A stretch of 64,000 nt of DNA from Eubacterium sp. CAG:274 (GTDB lineage Bacteria; Bacillota; Clostridia; Lachnospirales; CAG-274), in assembly GCA_000432155.1 (NCBI GenBank), contig FR888502.1:16614-80613 (forward strand), in the 5' to 3' direction. Below the pieces are notes generated by a model. The model ran no database searches. It was not told where the DNA came from and saw only the letters and a program-made list of their open reading frames with translations. The position numbers were made by a program, and so were the translations under genes. Below are positions 62,606 to 64,000 of this stretch, in pieces. The first letter of the stretch is position 1; the number at the start of each line of letters is the position of its first letter.

Positions 62606-62877
62606 CAGGGCATTTTAGGGCAAGTTTTAGGGAAAATTATAGAGTGATTTTTTTTTAACGCAAAGTGGCTTGTTTACTGGGGTTGTAGGCTGTTTTGAAA
62701 TTTTTAGGGTGAAATTTATGATTTTTTTATACTATATTATATTTTATATATTTATTTTTAATAATTTTATTTATAAAAAATATGCCCTAAATTCCCTAAG
62801 TGGCTTATTTACTGGCTTTCGGGACTTTTATTTTGCCCTAAACATGCCCTAAACATGCCCTGAACTTGCCCTAAAAA
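62606..62877. repeat. Convergent arrays of TTTTAGGGC (left, 3 copies) and GCCCTAAA (right, 5-6 copies, four with exact 11-bp phasing) flanking a >90% AT core
   Basis: Left copies at 62611, 62625 and 62703. Right copies at 62783, 62834, 62845, 62856 and 62867. A second direct repeat AAGTGGCTT(G/A)TTTACTGG occurs at 62662 and 62798. Confidence 0.7.
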
Positions 62878-62994
62878 TTTTTTATAAAAAACACAAATAA
62901 ATTAATAAATATTAAATTTAGCATAATATTTGAAATATAATATTGTAAGCCTAATTTTTTTGGGATATAATTACAGAAAAAAGGGGGTTGAAGT

Positions 62995-63768
62995 ATGAAA
63001 GTTGCTATGTGTCAGACAAATATTATATGGGAAGACAAAGAGAAGAATATAGAAAAATGTGTTGAATTTATAGAACAGGCAAAAAAGCACAACATAGAAT
63101 TAATGCTATTTCCTGAAATGAGTTTTACTGGTTTTTCTATGAATATTAATAATACAAAAGAGAATTATAATTATACAGTACAAAAGATTTCTAAAATAGC
63201 AAGGGAAAATAAAATTGCTATAGGATTTGGCTGGGTTGAAGAAATGGGGCATAAAGCCAGAAATAAGTATACAGTAGTCAATTCAGAGGGGAATGTTTTG
63301 GCTGACTATGCAAAAATACACCCTTTCAGCTATAGTGGAGAGGATAAGTATTTTGTTTCCGGAGCAAGTCTTTCAAAGTTTAAGTTTGATAATTTTACAA
63401 TAGGTCTACTTATTTGTTATGACTTGAGATTTCCGGAAATTTTTCAGGCACTTTCAAAGGAATGTGATGCAATAGTTGTAGCTGCCAACTGGCCAGCATC
63501 TCGAAAAAAACATTGGAAAACTCTTTTAAAGGCTAGAGCTATTGAAAATCAAGTATACATTTTTGCCATAAATTGTGTAGGTAAAGTTGGAGATTTAAGA
63601 TACTCAGGGGATAGTTGCATTATAAATCCTAATGGCGATGTGCTTTCAAGCCTTTCAAAAGTAGAAGGTATGGTAATAGGAGATATTACAAATGATGTAA
63701 AACAGTATAGAAGTGATTTTCCTACTAGAAAGGACAGAATACCGGAATTTTATAAAACTCTATTTTAG
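62995..63768 (+). CDS. Carbon-nitrogen hydrolase family protein (nitrilase/amidase superfamily)
   Basis: E-K-C triad context: FPEMSF (Glu), K, and LLICYDLRFPE (Cys); 257 aa. Confidence 0.8.
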   Translation: MKVAMCQTNIIWEDKEKNIEKCVEFIEQAKKHNIELMLFPEMSFTGFSMNINNTKENYNYTVQKISKIARENKIAIGFGWVEEMGHKARNKYTVVNSEGNVLADYAKIHPFSYSGEDKYFVSGASLSKFKFDNFTIGLLICYDLRFPEIFQALSKECDAIVVAANWPASRKKHWKTLLKARAIENQVYIFAINCVGKVGDLRYSGDSCIINPNGDVLSSLSKVEGMVIGDITNDVKQYRSDFPTRKDRIPEFYKTLF

Positions 63769-63779
63769 GATGTGATTTT

Positions 63780-64000
63780 TTGAACAAGGGTTATGGACTT
63801 GTATTAAATGGTGGTGGTGCAAAGGGTGCTTACCAAATAGGGGTTTGGGCTGCTTTGCGTCAACTGGAACTATATGACGAAATAACAGCTGTTTCAGGTA
63901 CTTCTGTAGGTGCTTTAAATGCACTATTAATAGGGCAAGACGATTTTGACAAGGCTATAAATGTGTGGAAAACTATAAAACAGGAGGATATAACACCTTT
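63780..64000 (+). CDS. Patatin-like phospholipase (3'-truncated at the window edge)
   Basis: Oxyanion-hole motif GGGAKGAYQIG and nucleophile elbow GTSVG. TTG start; runs off the window. Confidence 0.65.
   Translation, partial: MNKGYGLVLNGGGAKGAYQIGVWAALRQLELYDEITAVSGTSVGALNALLIGQDDFDKAINVWKTIKQEDITP

Noticed and set aside
62670-62852. 60-aa ORF MFTGVVGCFEIFRVKFMIFLYYIIFYIFIF...
   Set aside because: It lies entirely within the AT-rich core and iteron-like repeats; it is a translation artefact of repetitive AT-rich DNA.
63769-63781. ATG at 63770 as the start of the patatin-like gene
   Set aside because: That ATG is followed immediately by TGA. The in-frame TTG at 63780 is the first workable start.

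Overview
This 64-kb window is low-GC (about 35% by eye) Firmicutes/Clostridia chromosomal DNA. The organism is a spore-former (spoIIE, abrB, tilS-hpt-ftsH neighbourhood) and probably cellulosome-producing, because two secreted proteins carry dockerin modules with Thr-rich linkers. Almost all coding capacity is housekeeping: ftsE/ftsX with a coiled-coil M23 peptidase; a cobalamin late-step cluster (cobT, cobU, cobS, a cobU-like ORF, cobC, cbiB, and a cobQ-cbiC fusion); glgA and pepF; a complete Pho regulon block (phoP, phoR, pstSCAB, phoU, ppx); spoIIE, tilS, hpt, ftsH; dapL with a second aminotransferase; an amt-glnK (PII) fusion gene; abrB, pth, mfd; mtnN, glmS, glmM; prmA, rsmE, a cysteine desulfurase, thiI; gldA; and tyrS and thrS, each behind a clear T-box leader. 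I found no CRISPR array, rRNA, tRNA, transposase, integrase or recognisable defence genes. The unexplained structure is non-coding. (1) The mfd/mtnN convergent intergenic region holds a 0.87-kb tandem array of about 3.4 copies of a roughly 250-bp unit, each with 11-bp terminal inverted repeats and a perfect 10-bp hairpin. (2) Between the thrS leader and a C-N hydrolase gene, an AT-rich core is flanked by convergent arrays of GCCCTAAA/TTTAGGGC repeats with 11-bp phasing, resembling iterons or a centromere. (3) A 24-31 nt palindromic motif, TGAATCGGAAAGATAAATCCGATG, occurs three times, in all three cases within 45 nt downstream of an intrinsic terminator, and twice in the 5' leader of an Spx/ArsC-family gene. 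(4) The amt-glnK leader contains a terminator-like hairpin 22 nt upstream of the start codon, suggesting attenuation control. Further oddities are a frameshifted RNHCP gene behind a putative anti-SD switch, an orphan promoter-terminator pair that may be an sRNA, and the absence of a B12 riboswitch before the cob cluster.
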